Source of the DNA: the human T2T-CHM13v2.0 reference genome, Homo sapiens | Direction: 5' to 3' (one strand) | Assembly: GCF_009914755.1 (NCBI RefSeq) | Contig: NC_060932.1 | DNA: 64,000 nucleotides | Shown: positions 14,236 to 31,633 of the stretch, piece after piece | Layout of the letters: the number at the start of each line of letters is the position of its first letter | Numbering within the stretch: the first letter of the stretch is position 1 | Made by a program: the position numbers and the translations under genes | The notes under the pieces: model-generated | Databases searched by the model: none | Told to the model about the DNA's origin: nothing | Seen by the model: only the letters and a program-made list of their open reading frames with translations

Positions 14236-14676
14236 TGCAGACACATCCTTGAGCTCAAAGAGCTTTCTCAGGACTACATACTTTACATTTACAACAAGTC
14301 ATTTAGAAAACTATCAATCCTATTCAAATCTCAGCAAAACAGAGATACCAGGCTCTGCCTTTCTCTTTAACTGCTCTTTTTTTGCTGTAGACAAAGCTGT
14401 TTCTTGCACTGCTACATATATAAAAAAGTGACAAATCCTTAACTGTCAAACAAGAGAAATAGTTTGATAAATATAATAATTCCATAAGATGGCACATTAT
14501 ACACTACTAAATTGTAAGGACAGTAAAGTTACTGTTAAGTACCAAAAAGTCATGATTAAATGTTAAGTGAAAAAATAGAATATAGCTAGATTTGAATTTG
14601 AATATTCAATCTGTATACCAGTATGTATAGAAGGAAGAGTATATACCAAATAGTAAGAGTATCTATCTGTTTTATA

Positions 14677-14839
14677 ATTTGATATAATACAAATTATTCT
14701 ACCTTAAACATATGAGAATTTGTGGTCCATGATGTTGTAGATTCTATCTTCTCACCCTGCATTTCCGAAGACATATGGTATTGGCTCATTAGACTATTTG
14801 TTGAATAGTCTTTATTCTATTATCATAGAAAAAATAAAT
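14677..14839 (+). repeat. Local dispersed duplication, copy 2
   Basis: Direct-orientation match to 6048-6210. Confidence 0.9.
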
Positions 14840-16599
14840 GAGTGCATATATCCATATACAAAATAGAGGTCTGTTCTTCCTGTATATATTTATACTAAAA
14901 AAACTGAGACTTTTTTTTACAGTTGTATATATACAAACATATTTGTTTATTTATATACACATATATAAATCAATTTTATGTACATGTGGGTATACATACA
15001 TCCATGCATATAACTCTGAAGTGCTGACTCTCTAAAGAAAGCCCAGGTATTGGTCAGAATTCATGCTCGGCTCAGGAGTATAGAATTAAGAGATACAAAC
15101 CTCAAAAAAGAGGGAACCGAATCTTCAAATCTGAGCCACCTTACAAGAATTTTTAAGGTAACTGTTTTAAGTGTAAACATTATGGCAATGTAATAGTATA
15201 ATTTGTATGGCACAAGATGGAGTCCTGGTGGCCAGAACTGAGTATGGGAATAGTCAGTGCTAATCTTTGTGCAAAGCACAAAGGAAAATTGGTATACAAG
15301 GCCTGAGAGAGAGGTCAAGGAAGCAAATACTATAAAGTCCCAGAAGGCAGTTGGATAGGACAAGGGGATCGGAAGAGCAGGATCAAGATCAGAGAGCAGG
15401 GAAGATGGGGCTAGCTAATCTAGGGAATGGAGGGAGAAGGGATACCCAGAAGCAGGATTCAGGGGGTTAGAGCACTTACACCATGCTCATGGCCATGCCC
15501 ATGGACAGGAGAAGCATATGATGGGTGCACATGGTGGAGCTGGTCTAAAGAAGAGGGGGATTCATATCACAGTAAAATTAAGTGCAATTTATCCACAGAG
15601 CAGAGGAGGTTGTGAAGAGCAGGCATAGGCTATTTTTCATGTCTGAATGCTCTCAAGACCTCTTAGTGTTGTAGGTAGATGACGCACAATAAATATTCCT
15701 TGATTTGAATTGGCATAAAAGGTCAAATCAGAAAGCCAGAAGTTCTTTAAGGTTTCAAACTAGATTCTAAGAAGTCCAAAGGCATCTCAGAGGTCATCTC
15801 AGGGAGAAAAGGGGAAGCAATGAGGTAGAACTCTGAACCTCCACTCTACCTAAACAAGGCAGCCCTGCTGTGCTCCGAGTCATGTATGGCGACATCAGGG
15901 AAGATGTAAAATAGGATTGTGATAGGAAACAGCATTTGAAAGCCATTGCTTTACGAAGGGAAGCGTAGAACCCTTTTCCCCTTGTTAGCCAATTCAAATG
16001 AAGACTTTTGGGAGCTAGTGAAGAGAAAGACAGGATTTCTAGGGAGATGTTTCAGAAGCAGCCTAACTATACCCGTGTCTTCAGAAAGAGCAGTGTCGTC
16101 TCAGAAGTAATCACCTTCATCAACCAGCAGGTCAGTGTGGGTCTCCTGAAGAGCCCGAACAACCACGGGAAGCGACATCCACTGTTGTGCAGTCAAAAGA
16201 ATCTTTGCTCTCATTTTCTCCACTCTCTTTCCTTCCCAAATAGGGTATCATAGGAAGATCCTGCCTTTCTTCCAGTTCCAACATTTATGAAGTGAAATTT
16301 CCATCAGACAGTTGCTTTTGACAAACAAAGATTGACTAGAAGCTTCTGTGAGAGAGCCTTAGGAAGTTCTCTGGGGAAGCCCTGCCTTTGTTTGGTTTTC
16401 TTTGCCTTTGGCTCTGTGATGTTTGCTGTAAAAAATGATTACTTTCAGGTGATTAAAAGTGGGGAAGAATGGTTTCAAGCTTTTCATGTAGCAAATAATA
16501 TCCCTGTCTGTAGGATTACTTTAGTTGAAAAAAAAACATGGCTTCAGTGATGCCTTCTCAATGTACAAGATTCAGAGGAATGGAAAGAAAATGAAATAA

Positions 16600-16893
16600 G
16601 GCCGGCCTCGGTGGCTCACACCTGTAATCCCGGGAAGCCGAGGCGGGTGGATCACGAGGTCAGGAGTTCAAGACCAGCCTGGCCAAGATGGTGAAACCCC
16701 ATCTCTACTAAAAATACAAAAATTAGCCAGGCATGGTGGCAGGCGCCTATACTCCCAGCTACTCAGGAGGCTAAGGCAGAGAATTGCTTGAACCCCGGAG
16801 GCGGAGGTTGCAGTGAGCCAAGATCATGCCACTGCAGTCCAGCCTGGGCGACAGAGCAAGACTCCATCTCAAAAACAAAACAAAACAAAACAA
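16600..16893 (+). mobile_element. Alu (Sg/Sx-like) with 8-bp internal deletion and (CAAAA)n tail
   Basis: Reads AATCCC-GGGA, lacking AGCACTTT of the consensus. Confidence 0.93.
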
Positions 16894-17759
16894 AGGAAAA
16901 GAAATCTGCAGTTAATATTTTGGCAAGCTTTCTTCACTTGTATGCATTTTTAAAATGCTAATGTTAATAACAGTTCGGGACTTCTAACTTCTATATTTAA
17001 GCAACAAATAAATAAATTGTCAGATGGTACTTCATCATCCTTCTCTCCCATCTTCTTAGAAATATAAATTGCTTTAGGTGGGAATGCTATAATTTTAGAC
17101 CAGAAAATACATGCCAGATGTCTCTTATATGAAGCCGTCCCGCCCAAGGATATATATATGCCTTAGTCATTAGGATGTGTTCTAAATAATACTGCAAAGC
17201 CCTTGGAAGGATGGGTCTGAACACTCACTTATATTTAACTGCTGGCATGTTGCTTTGTCCCTGTGTCTTGTGCTACTATTTCCATTGATGTAAAGGAAGC
17301 ACCAATTAAATAACACTCCATTATTAGAGAACCAGGCACAAGTCAGCTGAGGCAGGAGACCCGCCTTCTTTTCCAGAAACAATGTAAAGCCTGGGTGGGT
17401 GAGGGTCTCTGGGCTTCCGCCGTGCCTTGCTTTTGACATTCTCCAGCACACCCTATAAACATGTCTAAGGCTGTCCTGTTTAGTCTGATTATTCAAACTA
17501 TATTGTCCAGGGTAGAGCAAAGGGAAACCTAGCTGAACCCTGGAGATGACAGCAGGGAGAGAGAGAGGGGCAAAGAAGGGCAAAACGGGAAAAACAGGAA
17601 ACAGGCTAGTGAGAAGAGTAAAAACGCTCAGGGTGAGGAAGCAGGGTTTCTAAGCTCTCTAATCTCCCCTGTGCAGCTGGCTTGCTGTATGGTTTATACA
17701 AATCCAGTGGTGATCTCTGTGCAACGTGGTATCACCTGTTTAAAGAGGTCTCATCTTCA

Positions 17760-18145
17760 TTTTCAAAGAGGAATACATGTTTTTTTACTTACTCTTCTGC
17801 ATGGCTGACTCCTTTTCATGCTTTAAGTCTCAATCTTAATGCCACCTCCTCCTTCCAGACGTTCCCAGCTAAAGTGGCACTTCCCAGCCCCATTACTCTC
17901 TATGTTTATTGCCTGCATAGCTCTTATTTGTAATGATTTCGTAATAGTTTGATGATGATCATGATGAATATTACTTTACCTATTTATGGCCTCTCTTTTA
18001 GTATTAAATTCTGTAAGCCACATGAGCATGGGGACACATCTCCTTTGTCACTGCCCCATTGCTGGCATTTAGCACAAGCATGGTCTATAATAGATACCAA
18101 ACAAATATGTATTAATCATGTAAATGACTAAATCCATGAATGAAT
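17760..18145. mobile_element. L2 3' fragment
   Basis: Degenerate L2 tail ending ATGAATGAAT. Confidence 0.55.
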
Positions 18146-18289
18146 CTATCAGACAGTGTAGATAGCAGCACATAAAGGAAAGGGAATGTAGTAAATTTTT
18201 CATTTTCCTTGAAGATGTAGCTATGTATTAGGAATTTGAAAAATACATTATCAAACACAAAGCTAAATTATGCCAGCTAATGACTACTA

Positions 18290-18638
<349 letters not shown>

Positions 18639-19121
18639 TTATATTGCAAAGAATTTCCACTATATTGATAATGGAGAAAGGCTTTTAATATTATATTTTT
18701 TGAATATTAAGAAATTGGCATCTACTCACCAGTTTGGACATCGCTTTTAAAATACACACTAAACGAAAGCCATTTTGTACTTATAAGTGCTAGATTAAAT
18801 TCCTGCATAGGCTGAAAAAGGTCTCTTTCCATGCCTTTCCAAATTTACAATTAACAAAGAGTTAATTATTCTCAGAGTCATTTCTTCCAATTCACCAATT
18901 AGGATGAGGGCTATTTGTTACAATCATAAAAGAGGAAATGGTGCATGGGCAAGAAGAAATTTGGAAAGGAAATGTGATTGGAGGAATTATATTGAAAGGT
19001 GAAACAAGGGAGAAAAGATAAAGAGAAGAAAAATTAGAAATTGGAAACAAAGTTATTCCAGCCCCTCTCTAATAACTACTACTCTTTGGAACAAGGGAAG
19101 CAGTACCTGACAAGAAATTTT

Positions 19122-21397
<2,276 letters not shown>

Positions 21398-22194
21398 TGA
21401 CAAGAAATTTTATAGTCTGATGAAAGGGATTCTAAAGAGTCAGGGGCCACAGGTCTCAGGCTTCGACTGGATGTGATCATGTCTGAGGCCTTTCGATCCT
21501 CACTTTCCTTATCTGGAAAACAAGAATAGCTGAATCTCCTTCTAAGGGCGTTTGTGATATGAACTGAGATCTTGCATATGACTGCACCAAGTCTAGCTCA
21601 ATTCGCATTAGTTCCCTCCATTATACCCCTCCCTCGAGCTTTACCCAGACTCAGAAGAAAGCCAGGCAACATTTCTACTTCTCTATATGCAAAAACAAAA
21701 GCAAACAAGTGGAAAACCTCACAAAAACAGTTAACTTCAACATTTGGGCTTACACAAACAATTCAAAAATCTCTTTTTATTTCATCCGCCATGATTATAG
21801 TTATTTTTCTAAAGTGAATGATTCTACTTCCCAAATGCAGTAAACCCACTGTTAAAGATAGTTAATTTTCCTCTAGATGATTGTGGCCCTTGAAAGTCAT
21901 CAAGGTCGTATTTTTAATTATTTCCCCAGAATTTTTCCTGAAACAGTGTCCTTTTGTCTAAATCAATCCAAGTAGGTTTTAGCATTAGTCATAAAGAGGG
22001 TGCTGTCAACAAAGAAATCAACTGAGTGGAAGTGATATTATAATGTAAATAACTTGACATAGGAATACATAACACTCATAAATATTTATTGATTTATTTA
22101 ATAAATTAAAAATTAATGCTTATGATATGTAAACAAGATATAACAAGGCAGTCAAGAATAACTCTCTTTAGTTCATATGATTTTTTCCCATACG

Positions 22195-23190
22195 TAACTG
22201 AATAGCAAGAAAACAAGTAACCCAGTTTGAAAATGGACAAAAAACTGAAATAGATATTTCTCAAAAGAAGACATACAAATGGCCAATAGGATATTTTTTA
22301 AATGTTACTAGTCATCAAGGAAATGCAAATCAAAATGACAATGAACTATCACCTTACACTTGTTAGAATGGTTACTAGCAAAAAAAGACAAGGGATAACA
22401 AGGTTGGCAATGATGTAGAGAAAAGGGAATCCTTGTACATTGTTGGAGGGAATGTAAATTAGTATAGTCACTATGGAAAACTGCATGGAGGAGCTTCAAA
22501 AAACTGAAAATAAGCCTACCATGTGATCCTAATACTGGGTATATATCCAAAGGATTGGAAATCAATATGTTGAAGAGATATCTGCATTCCCATGTTCGCT
22601 GCAGCCTTATTCACAATTGCCAAGTATGAAATTGGCTTGAGTGTCCATCAACAGATGAATGGCTATAGAAAACATATACACAGTGGAATACTATTCAGCC
22701 TTAAAAAAGAAGGCAATCCTGTCATTTGCAACAACATGATGAACCTGTAGGACATTGTGCTGAGTAAAATAAGCCTGTCACAGAAAGACAAATACTGTAT
22801 AATCTCATATGCAGAATCTTCAAAAAGTTGAACTTATAAAGGTAGAGAGTAGAGTGATGTTTACCAGAGGGTGGGGTGGAGAGGGGTGGGGTACAGGGAA
22901 TGGGAGAATGTTGGTCAAAGAGTACAAAGTTTTAGTTAGACATGACAAATAAGTTTTCAATGCTATTGCACAGTGTGGTGACCATAATTAACAATAATGT
23001 CTTTTATATCTCAAAATTGCTGAAAGAATAGGCCTTAAATGTTTTCAGTATAGAAAAGTATATGAGATGATGCCTAATTTAATTAGCTTGATATAATCAT
23101 TCCACAATGTATACATATATGAAAACATCACATTGTATCCCATAAATATATACAATTATTATTTGTTAATTACAAGTAAAAGTTTAAAAA
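22195..23190 (+). mobile_element. L1MA-type 3' fragment
   Basis: Degenerate ORF2 end (AAAGAAGACATACAAATGGCCAA) and L1MA 3'UTR. Confidence 0.85.
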
Positions 23191-24018
23191 ATGGCAAGTA
23201 AATCATGTAGCCCCTGAGATAGATGGATATGTGAGCCTAGCTTGAAACAAATGTCATCATATATCCACCATTACACAAGACTTTGAGCAGACTGAATGCT
23301 CACAGAACATATTGGGAGGAGATATTTGGCAGCTGAAGTGGCAAATAGTCATTTTCCAAGGGAACAACAACAGTAGAGAGGTTTCCAGTTAAAGTTGCAG
23401 AGTTTCTGCAGAGTCTCTAGCAGTGCTGGATCCAAGGGTATGCGGTGTATCCAAGTAGCTCTTGAGGAAACCACAGGCACATCCTGGCATGGGGAGCACC
23501 TCAGGAGCACATCCTGAGTTTCAGGGCATTTGAAATGGATGTGCAGTCACATCCCACCCAACTGCAAGGGATACCCAGCCTACATGCAGAGGTCAGGAAA
23601 GCTGCCCACATTAAGACATTGCATGCAATAGGCCCCTCCCCACTAGGAGTCTATGGAGACAGAAATGCATTTTGAGGAGCAATTTCATGCAGTCATGGGT
23701 TAAGTGAACCAAGTGAGCTATGAAGCCAGATTTTCCCTCCTGGGCCACATATTTCAGAGGCACATAACTCAAGCTTGCAACACGTATTCAAAAGAGACCA
23801 GCTACACTTGGTAGAGACAGCCATAGGAAAGTGAAATGACCCTAGGGTTTAGTAAAGCCAGCTGTTTCCACTTCTGAAAATAATAAAATGAAATAATAAA
23901 ATAAATTTAAAATGATACAAAGTTCAAAGTTTAACAAATACATTTGAAGCCATTTGCAACAAATACATCTGAAGCTAATTGCTGGCTCTAGAAAGTGTGG
24001 GGTCTTTGTTGTGGAGCA

Positions 24019-24069
24019 GTGTTAATGATTTAGCATTACTTATCTCTGGCAAATGGTATTTTTGAGATA
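24019..24069. other. Flank of prostate-cancer GWAS SNP rs16901979 (C allele at 24044)
   Basis: Matches the remembered context GTGTTAATGATTTAGCATTACTTAT[A/C]TCTGGCAAATGGTATTTTTGAGATA; not verified against a database. Confidence 0.85.
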
Positions 24070-25202
24070 ACATGTTATGGAAGAAAGTGAACTGAACTTG
24101 GAAGTTTGAAGATCTCGATTGAAGTATCATTTCTGCCTCAACTACTTGCATTAACTTGTACAAGTCATTCAACCGCTCTGAACATAATGGAAAAATGGGA
24201 TGAGAATACATGTTGTATACTCTCCAAAGACAGGGAGACTGCTGATATAAGAGGGCACTTTTAGTAACTGATGGAGCAAAATGTTGTTATATGAGTGTCA
24301 GCATAGGGCCCTGGGCTTACAACGGTGCCATGAGCCTTAGAACAGAGGAAGGACAGCTATAGCAATGAAAGGACTAGTGCAGATTCAGAAAAATAAGAAG
24401 ACAGAAACCAAGGTGTAGTAACATGTTTTAGTATGGAGGGGAAGGCAGTTATAGAAACTTGAATTACATAATTTGTACATTTCTGGGAGATAGAAGGTAA
24501 AGATAGCAGCTAATGGAGACAGGACAGGACTGGTACTTGATTATGGAAGAAAGGAGGTAAATAGAAGAGACAAAAAGGGAGAGAAGAGATGTCAACTGCC
24601 TACTCTGGTAGCCTCTGTATCCAAAAGGTTGACTCAAACATTTGCTCATAACTTTGTCTGGCTTAATCCTGCTCATCCCAGCAGACTTATTTCAAGTGTC
24701 TCCACGTTTTGGGAAGTCATCACTCACTTCTCTGGGCTTTCATATGGGAGAGCATTTAATTCTGTTGAAAAACTATTTAATACTACATCTACCTTTCTCT
24801 ATGGACTCTGAGCTTCTTGAGGGCATGTATCATGTATGTTCTATTCTGAAGCACCCATACCTAGAACAAAGCTTAGCACATAGTAGGAACTTAATAAATA
24901 TTTCGGAGTTGAATAACTAGCCTTATGTAATCCTCACAACAACCCTAAGCTGGAGACTCAAACAAGGCTGGAAATAAGTAGGTGCCAAGAAGAACTGAGA
25001 TTCAGACACATATTTGCAGGTAAAACATAGGAACACTGAACATTCACTGAGAACTGACAACTTGTGGGGTTGTTGTAGGATATGTGACCAGAGACTCTTG
25101 AATGCCAGTCTCTGTACCTGTACCATGTTGGCTAACAAGAATCGCATGGAATCCTTGCTGAAAATACAGACCCTAGAAGTTTTCTCAAATCTGGAGAGAC
25201 TG

Positions 25203-25631
25203 TACTATGGTTTGAATATGGTTTGTCGCCACCAGAACTCATGTTGAGGCTTGGTCCTCAATGCAGCTGTGTTGGGAGGTGGGACCTAGAGGGAAGTGTT
25301 TGGGTCCAGTGGGCAGATCCCTCATGAACAGATAAATATTGTCTTGTGGGAGTGGATGACTTCTGTCTTGCAGGACTGGATGAATTACCACAAGAATGAG
25401 TTGTTGTGAAGCTTCTCCTCATGTTTTGCTGTGTTTGCACGCTGTCTCTTGACATTTTTCTTCTTTGCTATGTTGTAAGGCAGCACATAACCCTCTGCAA
25501 GCTGAGCAGATGCCAGTGCCATGCTCTTGGATTTTCTAGCCACTAGAGTTGTGAGCCAAATAACATTTTTTTTCTTTATAAATTACCCAGATCAGGTATT
25601 CTGTTAGAGCAACACTAAAGGGACTAAGACA
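25203..25631 (+). mobile_element. MSTC-like MaLR solo LTR
   Basis: CTATGGTTTGAATATGGTTTGTC...GGACTAAGACA. Confidence 0.8.
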
Positions 25632-25699
25632 CTCTTATTCTCACCAAATCTTTATTTTGGTAATGATTTCTCACACCTATTCATTTGCTCCAGAAAAGG

Positions 25700-26495
25700 T
25701 AGTTATTCTCCATAGTCTATCTTCATCTTCCACTTCATGCTTATTCAATCCATTACCAATTCCTGTCAATATATCTTCCTAAATATCTCTTTCAACCACC
25801 AACTTTTCTATCCTCACTATTACTATCCTTTTACAAGCACATAGACCACTGCCAGGAACCCTTGACTTGCCGACCTGACTCTATACTAGTTCTTCTTCCT
25901 ACTGCAGCCGGAGCAATCTTTTTAATCAAAGCTATGACTCAACATTTACTCTCTTGATGAAATCTCCTAGAAGACCTTTTGTAGCTCTTAGAACAAAGAC
26001 TGAAATAAAAACTCTATACTATAGTCTAAAAGTTCCTTGTTGGTCTCACCTCTCCAGCTTCCTCCCTCTGTGCTCCAACCACATGGGCTTGCCTTCAATG
26101 CTTCACATATCACCCAGCTTCAAATTCCCTTCTGGCTGCAGGGCCTTGGCACAAACTGTTTTCTCTGCCTGATGTTTTCCACCCTTCCACCTACATTCAT
26201 CAGTTTGACTTCTACTTATCTTTTGGAGCTCAGCTCAGACAAGGTTAGATCCTGCCATTGACATACTCATTAGCACCCTGAAATATTTCTTAATCACAGC
26301 GTATGATTATATATTTATTTGTGTGATTAACTGATAAATGACTGTCTGACCCCTCCTCCCTGCTTTAAGACTATAAGTTATATTAATTCAGGGCCTATGT
26401 TAGCTTTACTCAGTACTCTGTACCCAATGCCCACCCCAGCATCCTCACAAGTAAGGGTGTTCAGTACATGGGTGTTGAATAGATGCATGAATAAT
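25700..26495. mobile_element. L2 fragments
   Basis: Pyrimidine-rich degenerate L2 body ending TGTTGAATAGATGCATGAAT. Confidence 0.55.
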
Positions 26496-26699
26496 ACAAT
26501 AAGTCAACAATTGGTCTCAGGAATCTCAATAATTTTAATGCTATCAAAGTGATTTGATGCAGATTTGGGAAAAATTATCTAAAAAATTCATCCCAAGCTA
26601 AGATCCTATGATTCTTAGCTATCACAGAATCTGTGATTCTGTGCTACTCCTCTGCGCTTCTCATGTACACTTACATGGGTATACCCATGAAAAATGTTT

Positions 26700-27002
<303 letters not shown>

Positions 27003-27789
27003 GAAAAATGTTTTAAAGCATCTAGGATCCTTGGCAGGCCTTTAGCACACTGCACAGAAGGGACATTCTGTGCCTGTCACTGGAATGACCAGCAACTCTG
27101 GTTCCCTGCTTTGCCCAGACTGTTTCTATGTCCCCTTCAGTTTAGTTCAGTTCAACAATTATCTAGTGAGCACTTTCTCTGAGCGGGGCATCTGCTTTGT
27201 GCTAAGTGTAAGCCCTGCCTCCAAGAACTCATTGCATAAGGAGAGACACACACATGAAAACCAACTAATTGTGATTCAGTGTAAAATACGTAGTAATTGA
27301 CAAATGCATATAGTTTCATGACAGCCCTGTAGAAGGAGTAGGCAAGTGTTCTAGTATGGCTTCAAGGAGGAAATGTAGCTTAAAACAGGTTCGGAGGGAT
27401 GAGTAAGAGTTTACCATACTTTTAAGGGGGTTGGGAGGAATATATTGAAATGAAAATTACATTTTGCAAATGCAGTATGAGGAGCCGTGGTACAGTTTAA
27501 TGTGTTTAGAGAACAACGAGTAACTGTATGGCAGAAGCAGTAAATATGACGAAGGAGGAAGCTGGTGTGTTTGGAGAAGGCTGAGGTATCATGAGGCATA
27601 TTACCTTCCTTTAAAAGCCATGCCCTATTCTCCCTCTCCTGCCACTTCAAATTCAGGTTCACCATTTATATGTCTATTAGTCCTGGTGTCTTTCTCATGC
27701 TCTTTGATTAGTCCTTAATCCACAAGCGCAACATTGCAATACTTGCCTAGCATATTTCACAGGCAGGGGACCTAATGTCCCTGTGAGAA

Positions 27790-28260
27790 CCCATCTTGCT
27801 GAGATTGTCGCTGGCAGATTTACTTCCAGTGTGATTGTTGCAAGAATTTGTCTAACAGAATGAATGATCAACCTTGAGCAGAAGAGATTATGAAAAACTT
27901 AATAGCATTGTAGCAATGTGGCTGTTAATGAAATACAGTTGGCTGCTCCCGCTGTTTGGCACCAACCAACCTGACACTGTCAACATCACAATACGATATT
28001 TATTCCCAATTATTTTACGGCAACAACTGAAATACAATGTGTTATTAATCATATTTATTATAAGTATCAATTTGAGAAATTTCTGACATGCCAGAAGATA
28101 AATAGGTTTATTATGAAAAGCAGTTCTGCTTGGTGCATGCTGGCTGCTGCTGTGTAATAAATAGCCTCTGTGGGGAAAGTTTTTTAAAAGAAATAAAGCA
28201 AAAAAATAGCACTGAAAACAGAAAGGAAGCATCAAAACTCTTCAAATACCTGCTGTGTCC
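27790..28260. promoter_or_regulatory. Candidate conserved homeobox-motif-rich enhancer
   Basis: No recognisable repeat; TGACACTGTCA palindrome, TTTTACGG, multiple TTTATT/TAATAAA, ATCAAT, TTAATCAT. Confidence 0.4.
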
Positions 28261-28644
28261 ATTGGTCAAGCACATTCAGGACATCGCATGCCTTTAGAAC
28301 TCCAGCAGGTTCCAACAGCTAGTAGGACATTCTAGACTCTGAGAGAGAGCAAGGGAGGTTTTATGACTGGGGACAAAGAAAAGAGACACTGAAGGCGAAG
28401 GACAATCTCTGAAAATGCAGTACCCTCCAGACTGCTCCTCCTCTCACAAAAACACCTTCCCAGCATGCACTGCTTTAGGGACTATGATTATACCATTGAT
28501 TCTGTCCAGAAAACCTGTGTCCTGAATATATTACAGGGCTCATTCCTTCACTTCTTTCAGGTGCCTACTCAGGTATTTCCTTATCAGAACAGTCTTTCGA
28601 ACGACCCCATTAAAAAAATAGTCCTGTCAACCCTATGTTAACAA

Positions 28645-28927
28645 TTTTATTTATTTTTATTATTTGTTAACAATACATAATAGGTGCATATATTTTGGGG
28701 GTACATATAATAATTTGATACATTCATATTGTGCATAAAGATTGAATCGGAGTAATTGGGATATCCATTGCCTTAAGTGTTTTACCTTTTCTTTATGCTG
28801 TGGACATTCAAATTACTTTCTAACTTTTTGAAATATACAATAGAAGAATGTTAACTATAATCACCCTATTGATCTATCAAATGCTAGATCTTATTTCTTC
28901 TAACTATATATTGTACCTATTAATCTG
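28645..28927 (-). mobile_element. L1MA 3' end fragment
   Basis: T-rich tail, GGGGTACAT...GTAATTGGGATATCCAT...GCTAGATCTTATT. Confidence 0.75.
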
Positions 28928-29254
28928 TAATTCCACAACTATATTTACTTCTTATACTTTTCCCCTTCTAGGCTATAAACCAAATGAGAGCTGAGCATCT
29001 GTTTGGTTCACTGCCCAACACATGCATGCCTACTACATGGCAGTCAAAATATTTGTGGAATAAATGAATGAATGAAAAAAAAAAGAAATAGATGAATGAA
29101 TCATGGATGAATGAATCAAATCAGTCAGCAATGTCTTTCTAAACAAAATTTGGATGATTTTGGATGATTACGCCTCTTAAAAATATTTCTTCATTTCCTA
29201 CCCCAATTTAGTTTCTACTCAGGACTTTTTCAATATCTTCCAAACCTATTGTTC

Positions 29255-29559
29255 TTTTTTATTTGTTTGCTTTTTGAGGCAAGGTCTTGCTCTGTTGCCA
29301 GGGCTAGAGTGCAGTGGTGTGATCACAGCTCACTAAAGCCTCCAACTCTTGGGTTCAAGTGATTCTCCACCTCAGCCTCCCAAATAGCTGGGATGAAAGT
29401 GTACACCACAATGCCCGGAGAATTATTTCATTTCTTCTTTGTAGAGATTGAGTCTTACTCTGTTGACCAGGTTGCTTTCGAACTCCTGGCCTCAAGCCAT
29501 CCTTCCACCTCAGCCTTCCCAAGTGCTAGGATTACAGGCGCGAGCCAACTTGCCCAGCC
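29255..29559 (-). mobile_element. AluJ
   Basis: Diverged dimer with J-type features (GATCACAGCTCACT, GGCCTCAAGC). Confidence 0.9.
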
Positions 29560-30008
29560 CTGGAATTTTTGAGCCTGTTCAATTCTAACTATTGTCACCA
29601 AAAGTAACCTTAAGAAAAAAAATGCATTATCTCCTTGCTTCATTGCACCATTAAAATCTTTCCTAAATTTTCCATGTTAAAGATGAAGCTCAAAATCCTC
29701 AGCATAGCATACAAAACACTTCATAATCAGATGCCTCTTCAAATACCTCCTATCAGAATGGTCTCTTTGACTACCCCTTTAAAAAAATTCCCCCCAACCC
29801 TATTTTTAAATTATTTACTTATTTTTATTATATTTTTGATACATAATAGATGGACACATTCAAACAGTGCCCCCAAAACTGGGGCAGCAGAAACAGGTCC
29901 TTGCTTATTTTCTCAGCTTCACCTCCTGCCTCCACCCCATCTGTACTGCTGGTCCAGACATTCCTACAGAGGTGTCCTCCTAAGTTGGTCTCTTCCTCTC
30001 CTGCTTCA

Positions 30009-30068
30009 GAGGCTTTGCCCTGCTCTTCTCTGCCTCTTGAGGCTCTGTCCTGCTCTTCTCTGCGTCTT
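30009..30068 (+). repeat. 30-bp tandem duplication
   Basis: GAGGCT(T/C)TG(C/T)CCTGCTCTTCTCTGC(C/G)TCTT twice. Confidence 0.85.
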
Positions 30069-30207
30069 GTGGTTGGAATGCCTGTCTTTTTCCTACTGAA
30101 GATCTGGATGCCTAAACCATAATGTAAAATTGCTGCTTTTTACTTCCATTTACAGCAGAGAAATTCCTCCTCTGGCCTCTCCTCTTCTCTGTGTTTCTTT
30201 CTTCATA

Positions 30208-30542
<335 letters not shown>

Positions 30543-31180
30543 TCTCTCTTTATAATTTTCCTACTGTTCACCTGCATCAAACTCCTGAATTCTGTCATGC
30601 AACTGGAACAGTAAGAGGGAAAAACATGGAGCTCAAAGAAAGATGTTGAGAAACGTAGAGTTGCATAGAATTTACTGTATAAGAATGGAATCTGTCAAGT
30701 CAGACAAGCGACAGAGACCTATTTACAAAGAGACCCAGTGAAAATTACTGGAGAAATAATAAAGAGAAATGCTGTGACTTTGAAATAAATAATGTTCAAA
30801 AGTCACCTGCAATATTTAGGATAGTGTCTGAAACAGATACAAATATTTCTCAGCAGTAAAAGAATTTTGTATTTAGTCTAGTCATGGAATAGTAGTCAGT
30901 TGTCACTGAGGAAGGACTTTGGGGTAGAAGAAGCATTTGAATGTGTTTGAAGTCTGAGGCAGCAGGTGAGGTTTGATTTTATATTTTTGAAAATGGATCT
31001 ATCAGATGGTGGAGCTACCCTCATAAAAGATTTGTAATACGCCTGTTTACCTACAAGATTAAATCAAGTGTCATTTCTTCAGGGAAGATTGCCCTTCACC
31101 ATGTGAAATATACATAAAGTATATGTCACAATGTGTGACAGTTCTTTGCTCACATATATATTTCTCCACTTAAAGGAGAA

Positions 31181-31425
31181 TTTTTTTTGAGATATGATCT
31201 TGTTCTGTTATCCAGGATGGGGTGCAATGGGGCAATCACGGCTCATTGCAGCCTTCACCTCCTGGGTTCAAGTGGTCCTCCCACATCAGCCTCCTGAGTA
31301 GCTGAGACTACAAGTGTGCACTATCAAGCCTGGCTAATGTTTAATTTTTAGTAGAGACAAGGTCTTGCTACATTTCCCAGGCTGGTCTTGAATTCCTGGC
31401 CTCAAGTGATCCTCCCACCTTAGCC
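31181..31425 (-). mobile_element. AluJ, 5'-truncated
   Basis: Diverged Alu lacking its first ~40 nt. Confidence 0.85.
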
Positions 31426-31633
31426 CAGAAGGAGTCTTATTTCATTCATCGTATATTCTTAGTATCTACCTGTCATCAGGCCTATAGTAGATACTCAGTA
31501 GATGTAGATTGAGGTTTGAAGAATAAGAGATAGCTCACCAAGTAGAACACTGGATGGTATTGGAACTAATGTATTCCTTTATTGTCAGCAGAATGGACCA
31601 TGCACATAGAAATAATAAAATGGGAGAATTGAT

